Shown piece by piece: positions 24,903 through 36,806 of a stretch of 64,000 bases of DNA (its first letter is position 1; each line of letters opens with the position of its first letter). This DNA comes from Eledone cirrhosa (taxonomy: Eukaryota): contig OZ024741.1 in NCBI GenBank assembly GCA_964016885.1, positions 301,506,001 through 301,570,000 of the forward strand. The letters run 5' to 3'. The position numbers and the translations under genes were made by a program. Under the pieces are notes generated by a model that saw only the letters and a list, made by a program, of their open reading frames with translations, was not told the DNA's origin and searched no databases.

Positions 24903-25115
24903 TATTTATTAAAATAACATATTAAAGTTTAAGCAAAGAATCGCTGCTTTCACCCTTAACGGGATCTTCTGAAACTTCTTTCAGAAGATCCCGTTAAGGG
25001 TTAAAGCAGCGATTCTTTGCTTAAACTTTAATCTGTTATTTTAATAAATATTTGCTCTACGGTTCTTATATATTTATCCTTATCGAGCCCTCTTTGGATT
25101 TCAATCTTCAAATTT
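24903..25115. repeat. Inverted-repeat (foldback) copy of the PLE-terminal repeat also seen at 51160-51307 and 36400-36640
   Basis: ~70-bp arms (ttattaaaataac...cccttaacgggatcttctgaaa / tttcagaagatcccgttaaggg...gttattttaataa) around a 4-nt centre. Confidence 0.85.
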
Positions 25116-25127
25116 ATATATATATAC

Positions 25128-25204
<77 letters not shown>

Positions 25205-25238
25205 TGAGAAAAACCACAGACCCTCCATCTCAACTCTA

Positions 25239-25274
25239 CTTTTGAAAAGCAGAAGAACTGCGAAACCGGTAAAG
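25239..25274 (+). ncRNA. Minimal hammerhead motif, U3-A8 variant
   Basis: ctt TTGAAAA gcag-aagaa-ctgc GAAA ccgg TA aag. Confidence 0.7.
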
Positions 25275-25436
25275 GAACCAAATAAATATATATATATATT
25301 TTTTTTAAATAAGACTCCAGTTGCATTTTCGATTTCATCAATTTTTCTTTATACTTTCACTCGTGTAGGACACCACCGTTATTTCTCATTTTGTAAAAAA
25401 AACCTCACTTTCTAATATATATATATATATATATAT

Positions 25437-25942
25437 AGTTAAAAGAATAGAGGTGTAACACACAAGTTATTATATATTGGTAAACGGAATAGAAAATGCT
25501 GACAAATTGTTCACAGTTGAAAAATGGTTTAATTAGGAATAAAAGAGTATTAGTGATTGTATGGGTTAGTATTCAGTTGTGGTTTTAAGTTTTTAAGTTT
25601 TTACCGGTTGCGCATTTCTATATGCTTTTCAAAAATAATTTTGAGATAGAGTGTCCGTGCTGTTTGCTCCGATCTGATTAGTTTTGGGAATTCTACCTGT
25701 TTTTATGTTAAAAAAGTGGCTCCAATTTGCAAAAATTCTTGTGGTCAAAACAATTTTGATTGGTCGGTAGAGGTCATGTGAATGTAAAAAATTGATTTTG
25801 CGCCAAGACTGTTTTTATGTTAAAAAAGTGGCTCCAGCAAAAATTCTTGTGGTCAAAACAATTTTGATTGGTCGGTAGAGGTCATGTGAATAAAAAATTG
25901 GTTTTGCGCCAAGATTGAGAAATGACTCTTTCACAACAAATA

Positions 25943-26010
<68 letters not shown>

Positions 26011-26451
26011 TAGTAGTAGTAGTAAGGTGTTCGATGTTGTGATAATGGTTAGCAGGGATGTGTGTCAAATGGCTATTAAGATAAGTGTGTGTGTGTGTGT
26101 GTGTGTGTAGCAGAGTAATTCGTGGTGGCAGGGATGGTCAGTAAGAATGTGTCTGAAAGCAATGTGTTTTAGCATGTCAAAATATATTTTTCAGCTTTTG
26201 TCTTATACGGAGAAGTGCGTGTGTGTGTGTGTGTGTATATATATAAGTCTCTTTGTATGTTGATGTACGCGTGTGTATGTGTGTGTGTATATATATGTGT
26301 GGGGGGGGACCAGTATTTTTTTCCCCCTGGTAAAATGGTGTACATTATTCGATTTTTTCAGTAAAATCGGTTCTCTTAATAGAACATCAAAAATCTTAAC
26401 AAAAAAAGGTGTGAAATGATATTCACTATATATATATACACATACATATAT

Positions 26452-26525
<74 letters not shown>

Positions 26526-29500
26526 TACATATATATATGCACATATATTTTTTTGTGTTGCACCATAGAGCATGTGTGTTTACGTATGTCATTGTGTTTA
26601 TATGTGGGTAGAGATGTGAGCTGATGTAGGTATGTATGTTGACGTGTGTATGTTGTGGGTTTCGTCTTAGGGAGAAGTGTTTAGACGGAGTCCGTATTTG
26701 TTAATGAAGTAAGATTCCTTGCTGATGCGCTGGGTGTGGGTGGCATTATCTTTAAATTTGTAGAGGGGAAAGATTCTGAAGTTGGGATGATTTTAGGCGG
26801 CACAGGTATCAATGTGTTCACTCAGTGGTATTTTCCTGTATTCCCGTATTTTGATTTGGGATCTATGGACAGTCATGCGTTGGCGGAGGCTGTTTTTGGT
26901 CTGGCCTATGTATTGTTCTCGACAACCTGAACAAGTTAATACATATATTAGATTTTCCGATGCACATGTGAAATTGTGTTTTACTATAAAACGTTGTCCA
27001 TCTTTGAAATAGAATTCCGAACCCTCTATTAGGTTGATGCAAATGCCACAGTTGGGTCTATCGCATTTTTTTACTGTGGGTTTCGTTGTTGTGGTTGGCA
27101 GTACTTTGGCATGTGTTAAGATGTTTTTCATTGACTTGGATTGTCTTTTGCTCTTTATGATATCGTGTGTTCGTAGAATTTGGTTCATTCTATGGTCCTT
27201 TTTCAATACAGGGATGTTCTGGAGGATGGTGTCAAAGGCCTCATTGTTGAGGGGGTTGTGTGTGGAGATATATGGAAGAGCTTTTAGTTTTGGTTGATTT
27301 ACTTTAGGGTGTCTAAGGTCCTGGGTACTGAGTTTTAGGGCACGTTGGATTCCATTGTCAATTAGTGATGCAGGGTAGTCCCTGCCTATGAGTGTGTCCT
27401 TTAGTTCTTGTAGCCGTAAGTAGCAGATGTTTTTATTGGAGACTATAGTACAGATTCTCTTGGCTAAGTTGTAGGGAATATTAATTTTAACGTGTCTAGG
27501 GTGGCAAGAGTTGAAGGGGAGATATTGCTTGGAGTCTGTGGGCTTGTAGTTTTTTTTTGTTTCTATTTTTTTGTTATGGATCTTAATGAGGATGTCGAGG
27601 AAGGGGAGTTGTTGATGGCTGTATTCCATCGTGAAGTTAATATTTGTGTTGAGCCCATTTATAAGGGTGTGAAATTCTTTAAGTTTTTCGATGTTTTCGT
27701 GCCAAAGGATGAAGCAGTCATCTAGATATCGCTTCCAGTTCCTTTCAATGTGTAAGTGGAGGGTGTTTCCAAATTTCTTTAGGACTTTAGTGTAGAGGGT
27801 GATTTCCAGGTATCCCATGACTAGGTTGGCATAAGTGGGGGCTGTTTTCGTTCCCATAGCGGTCCCAGATTTCTGCCTGTAGGGTTTGTTATTGAAAACG
27901 AAGTAATTGTTCTCCAAGATAAATTTGAGTCCCTCTATCACGAATTCTTTTTTGATGCGTTGTGGGAGTTCATTGTGGAAATTATCCAGCCAGAATTGGA
28001 TAGCTTCTATTCCTAGGTTGTGGGGGATGTTGGAGTATAGGTTGACTACATCGAACGTCACTAGTAGGGTTTGTTCAGAAAGTGGCATATTAGGGAGGTG
28101 ATTGAGAATATCTAGGTCGTCCCTTATATAGCTTTTGATGTGCTTGAGGAAGGGTTTGAGAAGGGTATCAATGAAGTTGCTAAGACGGTGCGTTTCGCAA
28201 GCGGGGCCTGCTATTATAGGTCTTAATTTGAGATCATTGGGTGAGGGGACATTGATGACTATGTCTGTGGCTTCCTTGCATGCCTTACTTATTGATTCGC
28301 TTTTATGTACTTTAGGGATACCGTAGAAAAGGCTGGATTTACTTGTGAAGTTTGTGATGAAGCTGAATTCCTTGTTAGTGAGTCCTTCTTTGTATTGGTT
28401 GATTAGAGTTTTTAGGTTTCTCATAATTTTCTGTTGATTGTAGTGTTCAGCCTTTTCGTAGTATGTTTCGTTTTCCAAAGTGGAGAGCGCTAAGTTGATA
28501 TAGAATTCTGTCTCCATTAGGACTACTGTACTCCCTTTATCAGCCTCTTTAATTGTAATGGTTCTGTCGGTTTTTAATCTATTTAATTCTTCCCATTCTT
28601 TCTTGTTGAGGTTTGGCTTGTGTTTTTGTCTGTGCAAGTGTTGGTAAGGGAAGTTTGTGATGTGTTCACAGAATTCGTCCAGGATTTTATTTCTACCTTT
28701 TGAAGGGGTGTAATTGCTTCTATTTCTGGCTAATGATTCATCCTCATTGTACTGGTCGAATAGTTGTTCACTAAGTCGTAACTTTCTACAGAAGTCTGTG
28801 ATGTCTTCCTTCATTTCATAGTAGTTAGGACGTAGTGGGGTCGGTGTGAATTTAAGACCTTTGGAGAGTAAGTTGATAAGGTTGGGTGTTGGTTCTGCAC
28901 TAGTAAGATTGATAATTTTTATTACTATCGGTTTCTCCTCCCTGTCTTGTGTTATTTTGTTTGCCTGTATCTGTGTGCTGTGTCTAAAAATGGTTGGGGT
29001 AGAGGGGTTGTCTGCTGATGTTAAGTGGTCTCCTGTGTTTGTTATATTCCTTGTTGTTGTAAAATGTGGTTCGGGTTGGTGGTTGTAGATTGAATGGGGT
29101 GTTCCTGTACTGCGAGTATGGGTGTGTGTTTCTATGTGCCATGTTGTATTGTGGTGTTATAAGTGGCCTACATTGTTGGTTGTATCGTGTGGTGTGGGTT
29201 TGTTGTGTATTGTGGAAGCGAGAGTTGAGAAAATGGTAATTACCTTGCTGTCCCCTTGAAGCGGGGAAGTTGTAACATCTATCATGGCGGTGGTATCTTT
29301 TCCCTATGTTTGACGATGAGGGATCCGCGTAGTAGCTGAGTGCTCAATCTTGGCGCAAAACCAATTTTTTATTCACATGACCTCTACCGACCAATTAAAA
29401 TTGTTTTGACCACAAGAATTTTTGCTGGAGCCACTTTTTAACATAAAAACAGTCTTGGCGCCAAATCAATTTTTTACATTCACATGACTTCTACCGACCA

Positions 29501-29790
29501 ATCAAAATTGTTTTGACCACAAGAATTTTTGCAAATTGGAGCCACTTTTTTAACATAAAAACAGGTAGAATTCCCAAAACTAATCAGATCAGAGCAAACA
29601 GCACGGACACTCTATCTCAAAATTATTTTTGAAAAGCATTTAGAAATGCGCAACCGGTAAAAACTTAAAAACTTAAAACCACAACTGAATACTAACCCAT
29701 ACAATCACTAATACTCTTTTATTCCTAATTAAACCATTTTTCAACTGTGAACAATTTGTCAGCATTTTCTATTCCGTTTACCAATATATA
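25437..29790 (-). mobile_element. Neptune-like Penelope element (PLE-2) with an inverted pLTR at 29346-29790
   Basis: 673-aa ORF with RT (ADKG, LRPII, GTAMGTKTAPTYANL, RYLDD), Cys linker (CDRPNCGIC) and GIY-YIG (NLIY..CSGC..YIGQT); 29346-29790 is the reverse complement of 25472-25915. Confidence 0.92.
26667..28920 (-). CDS. PLE reverse transcriptase-GIY-YIG polyprotein, nearly intact (one TAA at 26793)
   Basis: Frame is open upstream of M28814 (LLSKGLKFTPTP) and continues past the stop (NHPNFRIFPLYK...KESYFINKYGLRLN*). Confidence 0.85.
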
Positions 29791-29805
29791 TATATATATA
29801 TATAT

Positions 29806-32800
29806 AGAAAGGATGAATATAAAATGAAAGTGCTTTTGTTAAAAAAGGAATTTATTAGGTATTGACATATGTTTCTGTAACAGACCGAATACCTATGTAT
29901 CGCTGCTTGCGTAATCATATAATGTTAGCAAGTATTCGATAGCAAATGTATAATCAGTTGTCACTTCTTCAGAGATTTTGGATAAACTGGATAAAATCAG
30001 AAAAATTGAAGTATTTATATTAGTAAAAGAGGAAGGAACAGAGGGGATAGTATATGACAGATGGTAAAATAATTTACTGCTAAACAAGTATATAATGGGT
30101 TTTTAATGAGAATACCATGAGTAAATCTAAATAAGAATTTTGGGAGTGCCAATTTTAATCTCTACTTGACCAACTGGACAGTGGACAGGGCTGGTCATTT
30201 GGTGCAGTAGTATTAATTATAAAGTGTCAATTGGGGAAGGGGGAGATTTCGATTGCTACTAAATAACATCAATGTTAGTAGCCAGCTGGTATATGCATTA
30301 GGGAATTGAATCAAGAAATCAGAAATCTCATTTTATCTATAGCAGTTTGTATTAAAAGGTAAATAATAGAAGAGTTGATAGAATTAAGACTAATAAAGAA
30401 TGTTCATATCTATTTTGACAATCAAACGGGGATAGAGACAGGCGTTCAATCCTGGTAGTATTTATAATATGAAAATGTAGATTTTAAGCGATGGTTACAG
30501 TATAACGATCGCTCTATTCTGTTATTTAATAAAATGTTTTTGGATTTCATAATACAAAATAATTCTACATTACATAATTTACAAAATTCCTGTCCATGGG
30601 AATATGGGGAGGGGGCAGCCGCTATTATATCCCATTTTAGGTGAAATTGTTGGTTATTTTCACGCAGCTGCCAAGCCTTGTCTGCGAGTGTTGTTACATA
30701 ACGCTGGTTTTCATGTTTTATCGAATAACGATGTCTATAAAGGCGTGATTTGAAGGAGGTGGCTGTCGATCCCACATAGTACCACTTCTGTCTATCAGAT
30801 TCGATAGTACATTTGTATACGATGTTGCGTTCAAGACACTGATTGTTCAACGGACACATTCCTGGTTGGACACAGTTGCAATTATAATTTTGCGTTGTTG
30901 TATTGCCATGGATGGGTTGATGAGGTTGCTTATGTAGGACAGGATGTTGTTTGTTGTTTTGTGATGTTATAGCTAATGTTTTACGTGTATTGTTATGTGT
31001 TGGAAGGCGTTTATACAACTGTTTTGCGTTAAGCTTTTTTATATGTTGTTCAATATTAGGGGCGGTTGAATATGAAAGTCGAATAGTGTTAGGGTTTAAG
31101 ATTTTATTATATTTATGTGATGTTGGAAAGTGTTTTCTAACTAATCGAAAGAATTTTGAGGGTAGATTGGTTTTAATAGAGTTGTTATAGACCGGGTTGT
31201 ACCAGATATACTCCTTACATCGCCTTCTGTTTGGTGGTGTGCGACTATTATTGTGTCTATTGCGGTAGTGTATGTATGGTGGTGATTCTGTGCTATTTCT
31301 ACTCCTATGTGATTTATTTTGGGTGTTTTGGTGATCTTTGACTATATACTCTATATTATCTAGGTGACCGGCTTTCCTAAGTGCATCATCATAATACTCG
31401 GCATGTTCTTTGAAGGTTTGTTGGTTGGACGATAGGCGGGAGATTCTAAGAGAAACATTTCTAGGGATGGATTTAATTATAGAGAGTGGATGGTTAGAAC
31501 TCGTATTTACATATTTAAGGTTCTCATTTAGTTTATGGAACGGTTTAATCGTATCTGTATTGAGATTGAAAGTAACATCAAGGAAATTGACCTCTTTGAG
31601 GTTATATTCAAATGTAATATTTAATCCTAGTTCCTTAAAAAGCTTTCTGATATTTTTACGCATCCTTTCTAAATTCTGGTTATTCATATGCTTAACTAAT
31701 AGGAGCGCATCGTCACGGTAAATTCCACCGTGGAGATCCTTGAATTTTCCTTGTAATCTGTGGGTGATATAAATTCCCACAAGATCTGTTACTTCCGCCG
31801 AATCATTAGAACCCATAGTGATATCAAAATTAGAAGGTCTATCTTTGCGAACCCAGTAGCTATCATCGAATTTAACTATAGTTTTTCTCGCTTCCATAAT
31901 AATTTTAATTTCAGCATCCGTAAGGTCGGAATTATCCTTAGCGAACGAAAGAGCTTCATGTAGAGTATCAGGTGAAATTGAGGAATAATATTCATCAATA
32001 TCAAACTGAATAAATTTTGATTTTTTCTTATCAGTAATGTTATTAAACCATCTTATTGCTTCATGAGTGTTACCCCATAGTTTAATCTCTACTTTAACCT
32101 TAACTTGGGGGATAATTCTGTCTAGTATATATTTGCTAATTTTACCTATATCAGATTTAGAGGGGCATATAAGTCTAATATTAGGGTTAGTATCGAAGTT
32201 TACCTTGTGGTCCTTCAGGTTGAAGGATGGTATAGCTGGTGTTAAGGGTTGCGTTCTATCGTCAATACAAAGTTTTTTAACAATATCATATGCCGAGTTG
32301 TTGATGTTTTTAAGTGTGGCTTCATTAGTTTTCCTGTATTTTTTATGCAATTCCTTACGGATGAAGTTATTGTAAGTGTCCACATCCATGGTATATACGT
32401 TTGATGTTTTGTCTGCTCTAACAATAATTTTGTAAATTATGTAATGTAGAATTATTTTGTATTATGAAATCCAAAAACATTTTATTAAATAACAGAATAG
32501 AGCGATCGTTATACTGTAACCATCGCTTAAAATCTACATTTTCATATTATAAATATTACCAGGATTGAACGCCTGTCTCTATCCCCGTTTGATTGTCAAA
32601 ATAGATATAAACATTCTTTATTAGTCTTAATTCTATCAACTCTTCTATTATTTACCTTTTAATACAAACTGCTATAGATAAAATGAGATTTCTGATTTCT
32701 TGATTCAATTCCCTAATGCATATACCAGCTGGCTACTAACATTGATGTTATTTAGTAGCAATCGAAATCTCCCCCTTCCCCAATTGACACTTTATAATTA

Positions 32801-33312
32801 ATACTACTGCACCAAATGACCAGCCCTGTCCACTGTCCAGTTGGTCAAGTAGAGATTAAAATTGGCACTCCCAAAATTCTTATTTAGATTTACTCATGGT
32901 ATTCTCATTAAAAACCCATTATATACTTGTTTAGCAGTAAATTATTTTACCATCTGTCATATACTATCCCCTCTGTTCCTTCCTCTTTTACTAATATAAA
33001 TACTTCAATTTTTCTGATTTTATCCAGTTTATCCAAAATCTCTGAAGAAGTGACAACTGATTATACATTTGCTATCGAATACTTCCTAACATTATATGAT
33101 TACGCAAGCAGCGATACATAGGTATTCGGTCTGTTACAGAAACATGTCAATACCTAATAAATTCCTTTTTTAACAAAAGCACTTTCATTTTATATTCATC
33201 CTTTCTACATTTCTCCGGAATATAATTTATACTCGTTGAGCATGAGAACCTGCACGTACGCTGTTCATCTCTAACGTAACGATATATTATCACTACATTA
33301 TTGATAACCTGA

Positions 33313-33317
<5 letters not shown>
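29806..33317 (-). mobile_element. 5'-truncated Penelope-like element (PLE-3) with a ~780-bp inverted 3' end
   Basis: 647-aa open ORF; 32426-33208 is the reverse complement of 29806-30590; flanked by (TA)n. Confidence 0.92.
30446..32432 (-). CDS. PLE RT-GIY-YIG, 5'-truncated but uninterrupted
   Basis: ADKTSN, QFDIDEYY, GSNDSAEVTDLVG, GGIYRDD, NFLDVT, NIVYKC..YYVGST..FKSRLYRH..CKLC..CNH. Confidence 0.88.
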
Positions 33318-33381
<64 letters not shown>

Positions 33382-33626
33382 TATACATATATACATACAC
33401 ACACATACATATATATATCTTTTGTTTGACCTGTTTAGCTCGCTTCGTTTTTTCGGCTTAGGTGGCTGATGGCTTCTTGACCGCCATTCTCAGTTTGTTT
33501 GACCTCTATAACTTATGTTTATTGCTCTGGTCTTTTTTTTAGTCCATGGAACGCTTGCCGCATAACTCGGAAATTGCGTTTCGCTTTGATTTTGACCACT
33601 GCCGAAATTCGATCTCGCTGAAATTA

Positions 33627-33687
<61 letters not shown>

Positions 33688-34270
33688 ACTGGTAACATGT
33701 ATTCCAGTACAACCTGTCCCATGGTCGGGTCGTTGGCGACTAAACTGGCAACCCCACCAAGGTTTCTTGGTGAGGAGGGTGACTTTGGACATCCTGCAGG
33801 ACTAAAAACAAAACCTGTCAAAAGGCAAAGGAGCTCTTAAGAGTCAATGGCCATCCAAAATCACCGGGAGAGATGACCCCTTAGCCTTTGTCAAGGCAGA
33901 ATTCTAGGAGAAGGAAAACTCTGATATAACACCTGCAACCCTGATGGTATCCAATGATGTTGACTTGTTCTTCTTTTTGGTAAATATCATCTTGGTTAAG
34001 AGAGTGGGACTGGCTTTGTGCAGTGCCTTTGCTCACTATAAAAGCTTCACGGCACAGGCATTGCTTTATATCTGGAGATCTCTCTGCATTTGTCGTCACA
34101 TGGTACCATGGGCCCAGCACTATGTGTCAATAATTGTCACAAGTGTAGTGTTTGTACCAGAGTTTTCAAGTCGCTGGCTGGACTAAAAAGTCACTCGTTC
34201 AGCGCATCAGTAGGGGTTCTCCTACATGGATATAAAGTAGTGGCCGTACTCGAAAACGAGTTGGCAGCCA

Positions 34271-34272
<2 letters not shown>
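33688..34272 (+). mobile_element. Short internally deleted RTE-like element (5' UTR-like head fused to the zinc-finger 3' end)
   Basis: 3' 230 bp match 20697-20930; GC-richer 5' part lacks RT; bounded by microsatellites. Confidence 0.6.
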
Positions 34273-34316
<44 letters not shown>

Positions 34317-34317
34317 G

Positions 34318-34423
<106 letters not shown>

Positions 34424-34859
34424 CTTTCTATATATGTGAATTTAAGTAGATGCAATCGAATATTCGAATATTTCTTTTTTTTTTAATATTGCCTACTCAA
34501 AGTATAGAAAGGTCATATATCAGTAACTGAATATTTTAAAATAAATATTGCAACAACGAACGAAGACTATCAAAGTCTAGATAGTTAATGACATTCTCGT
34601 TTTAACAAAGGAATTTTATCACCAAAACGTGATTATTTAACGTAAACATGATTATATTTCAGCCTAGGTTTTAAGTCATTAAAGCATTGAATATTTTATT
34701 TAATGATTTTCCACCTCAAAGGAAGAGCAACAACAGCTCCTGGAGCTGTAGATTTAAATGTATATTCCGTTACGCTGTCTATAAATCCTACGGCATCTCT
34801 TAGTGAAAAAAGATGAATGCAGCAATGAATTATATTACCCCGAGAGATGCAGTTGGTTC

Positions 34860-35660
34860 AAATTTAGCCGGAATCTACTATGGTTTATATACCTTCTATT
34901 TCAATACTTTAGTCTATATTTCCGTAATAGTTATAAAAGATGTTGCTTTTTAGTCCCGGTTCGGACCTGAAAAAGTAGTGGCTTGTTATATGCTCTCCAT
35001 CAATTATTATCATAGCATCTTTGTATAATTAAAGACAATGTAAAATCGATTCTATCAGAGCAAATAACCGAAATAGCTGTTCCAATAATTCGTTCTTTTC
35101 TGTGGTGTTGTGTGTAATCTCTGCCTTACACACAACGGATTTGATATTCTATTTCTGTTGGAAAGGATAGTTCTCTTTAATCCTACTAGAGCAGCTTGGG
35201 TTTACGTCGGGTATATTCTTTGCAGTAATATTCTATTTTTATCCTATTCACGGACGGGGCTCATGAATAGGATATCTTGACGGAACTGCGATTGAATGTT
35301 TTACTGTATCTAAGTTGATACTGTATCGATGCGAAAGATACATCGGTATAGTACAATTTCATTTTAAACAACGTTTTTACTCCCATCTCCATTCCTTCAG
35401 GAATCCGAATATGAGAACCGGTACAGCCCTGGTAAAAATGTCTGGCAATTAAAGGAGAATTGAGTCTCACATACGATTACTTGGAATGTACTTGAAAGAT
35501 CCAGACCTTCCACCAACGGTACCAGGAGATGTCGTCTCTGTCTTAGTGAGAAAAAATAGAATATTACAGGGATTTTCGTATCCGAACAATAATTATTTGA
35601 ATTCAATTAACGAAATTTTTAGAGGATTCCTCCATCTCACAAGCTAACTACTTATTAATT
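34860..35660 (+). pseudogene. Old degenerate PLE GIY-YIG region
   Basis: Manual translation: RYIGIVQFHFKQRFYSHLHSFRNP..TAL / VWQLKEN*..ITWNVLE...CRLCLSEK. Confidence 0.75.
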
Positions 35661-35917
35661 GGAAATACTCAACAAATTCAACTGATTTTCAACCACCTAA
35701 AATTGAATTATATACAGCAGCAGGAAAACCACCCGAAGGGTGGTTTTCTGCTAGCATGTGTAGTGTGTATATTGATATTATACGCAGGTATATATACATG
35801 TAGATATGATACATCAAATAAAATCGTAATTGACAATATATAATATATAGAAATTGAACGAAGACTGCGTTACACTCTTATTTAATCAGTAACGTAATCC
35901 ATGATACATTAAAAAAG

Positions 35918-36018
35918 ACGAGGTTGACTTTGCCTTTCATCCTTACAGGGTCGATAAAATAAAGTACCAGTAATGAACTGGATAATTGCTGGCCTTGTGC
36001 CTAAAGTAGAAACAATTA
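35918..36018 (+). mobile_element. 5'-truncated tRNA-derived SINE
   Basis: cgaggttgactttgcctttcatcc...ggtcgataaaataaagtaccag...gctggccttgtgcctaaagtagaaa matches 43213-43310. Confidence 0.8.
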
Positions 36019-36806
36019 TCTATATATATAAAACAGAGGATGTCTGTGTGTCTGTTTCCCTAAAACTCGAGAAGTACCCAACCGGTTTTTTTCAAACTTT
36101 ATACATGTAACTCGTATGACCCCGGAAGTGTTTTGAGCAAAAGCAATTTCAAATTTTCAATGCCCTAGGGACCGCATTAGGCGATTTAGCGATCTCTTTC
36201 TCTTTCTCTTAGTCTTTTTCTTTTTAGATAGATACATAGATATGACGTCGCGCCTTCATAATATCTGTCTGTATGCCTGACTGTCTGCATTACGTCATTA
36301 TGACGCGATCAGTGTGTGTGTGCGTATATATTCTTATGCCAGCGAACGTCTTCACGAACCAAAGTATCGTCTTCCTGTTTTCCAGATTGATTTTTTTAGT
36401 TTAAGAAGATCCCGTTAAGGTTGAAAGCAGCGATTCTTTGCTTAAACATTAATATGTTATTTTAATATAGATATTCGTGTACAGATATGTTTGCATACAC
36501 AAAAAGAAAATATAAACAAACAAGGCCAAAGATTACATCAATTAGTCTTAGTGTATGTACTTCATACTGCTTTTAGGTAGAATATCCCGTTAAGGGTGAA
36601 AGCAGTGATTCTTTGCTTAAACTTTAGTCTGTTATTTTAATATATATATATATATAATTATATATTTATGGACAGATATTTTTGCATAAACAATAACAAA
36701 ATATAAACAAACGTATTAATTTCACGAGGTTCGATAAGGATAAATATATATCAAATATATAAGAACCCTATAGCAAATCCCGAGCAACGCCGGGCCATTC
36801 TGCTAG
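36019..36806 (+). mobile_element. Non-autonomous Helitron carrying PLE-terminal fragments
   Basis: A|TCTATATATATAAAAC ... CCCGAGCAACGCCGGG ... CTGCTAG|T; internal pieces match 51060-51280. Confidence 0.8.

Noticed and set aside
26793-26795. In-frame stop as selenocysteine recoding (reported for some PLEs)
   Set aside because: The codon is TAA, not TGA
29893-30087. Duplicated 64-aa ORF (also 32927-33121) and 76-aa ORF (45906/46993)
   Set aside because: They lie in inverted PLE UTR copies; the duplication reflects the repeat, and there is no coding signature
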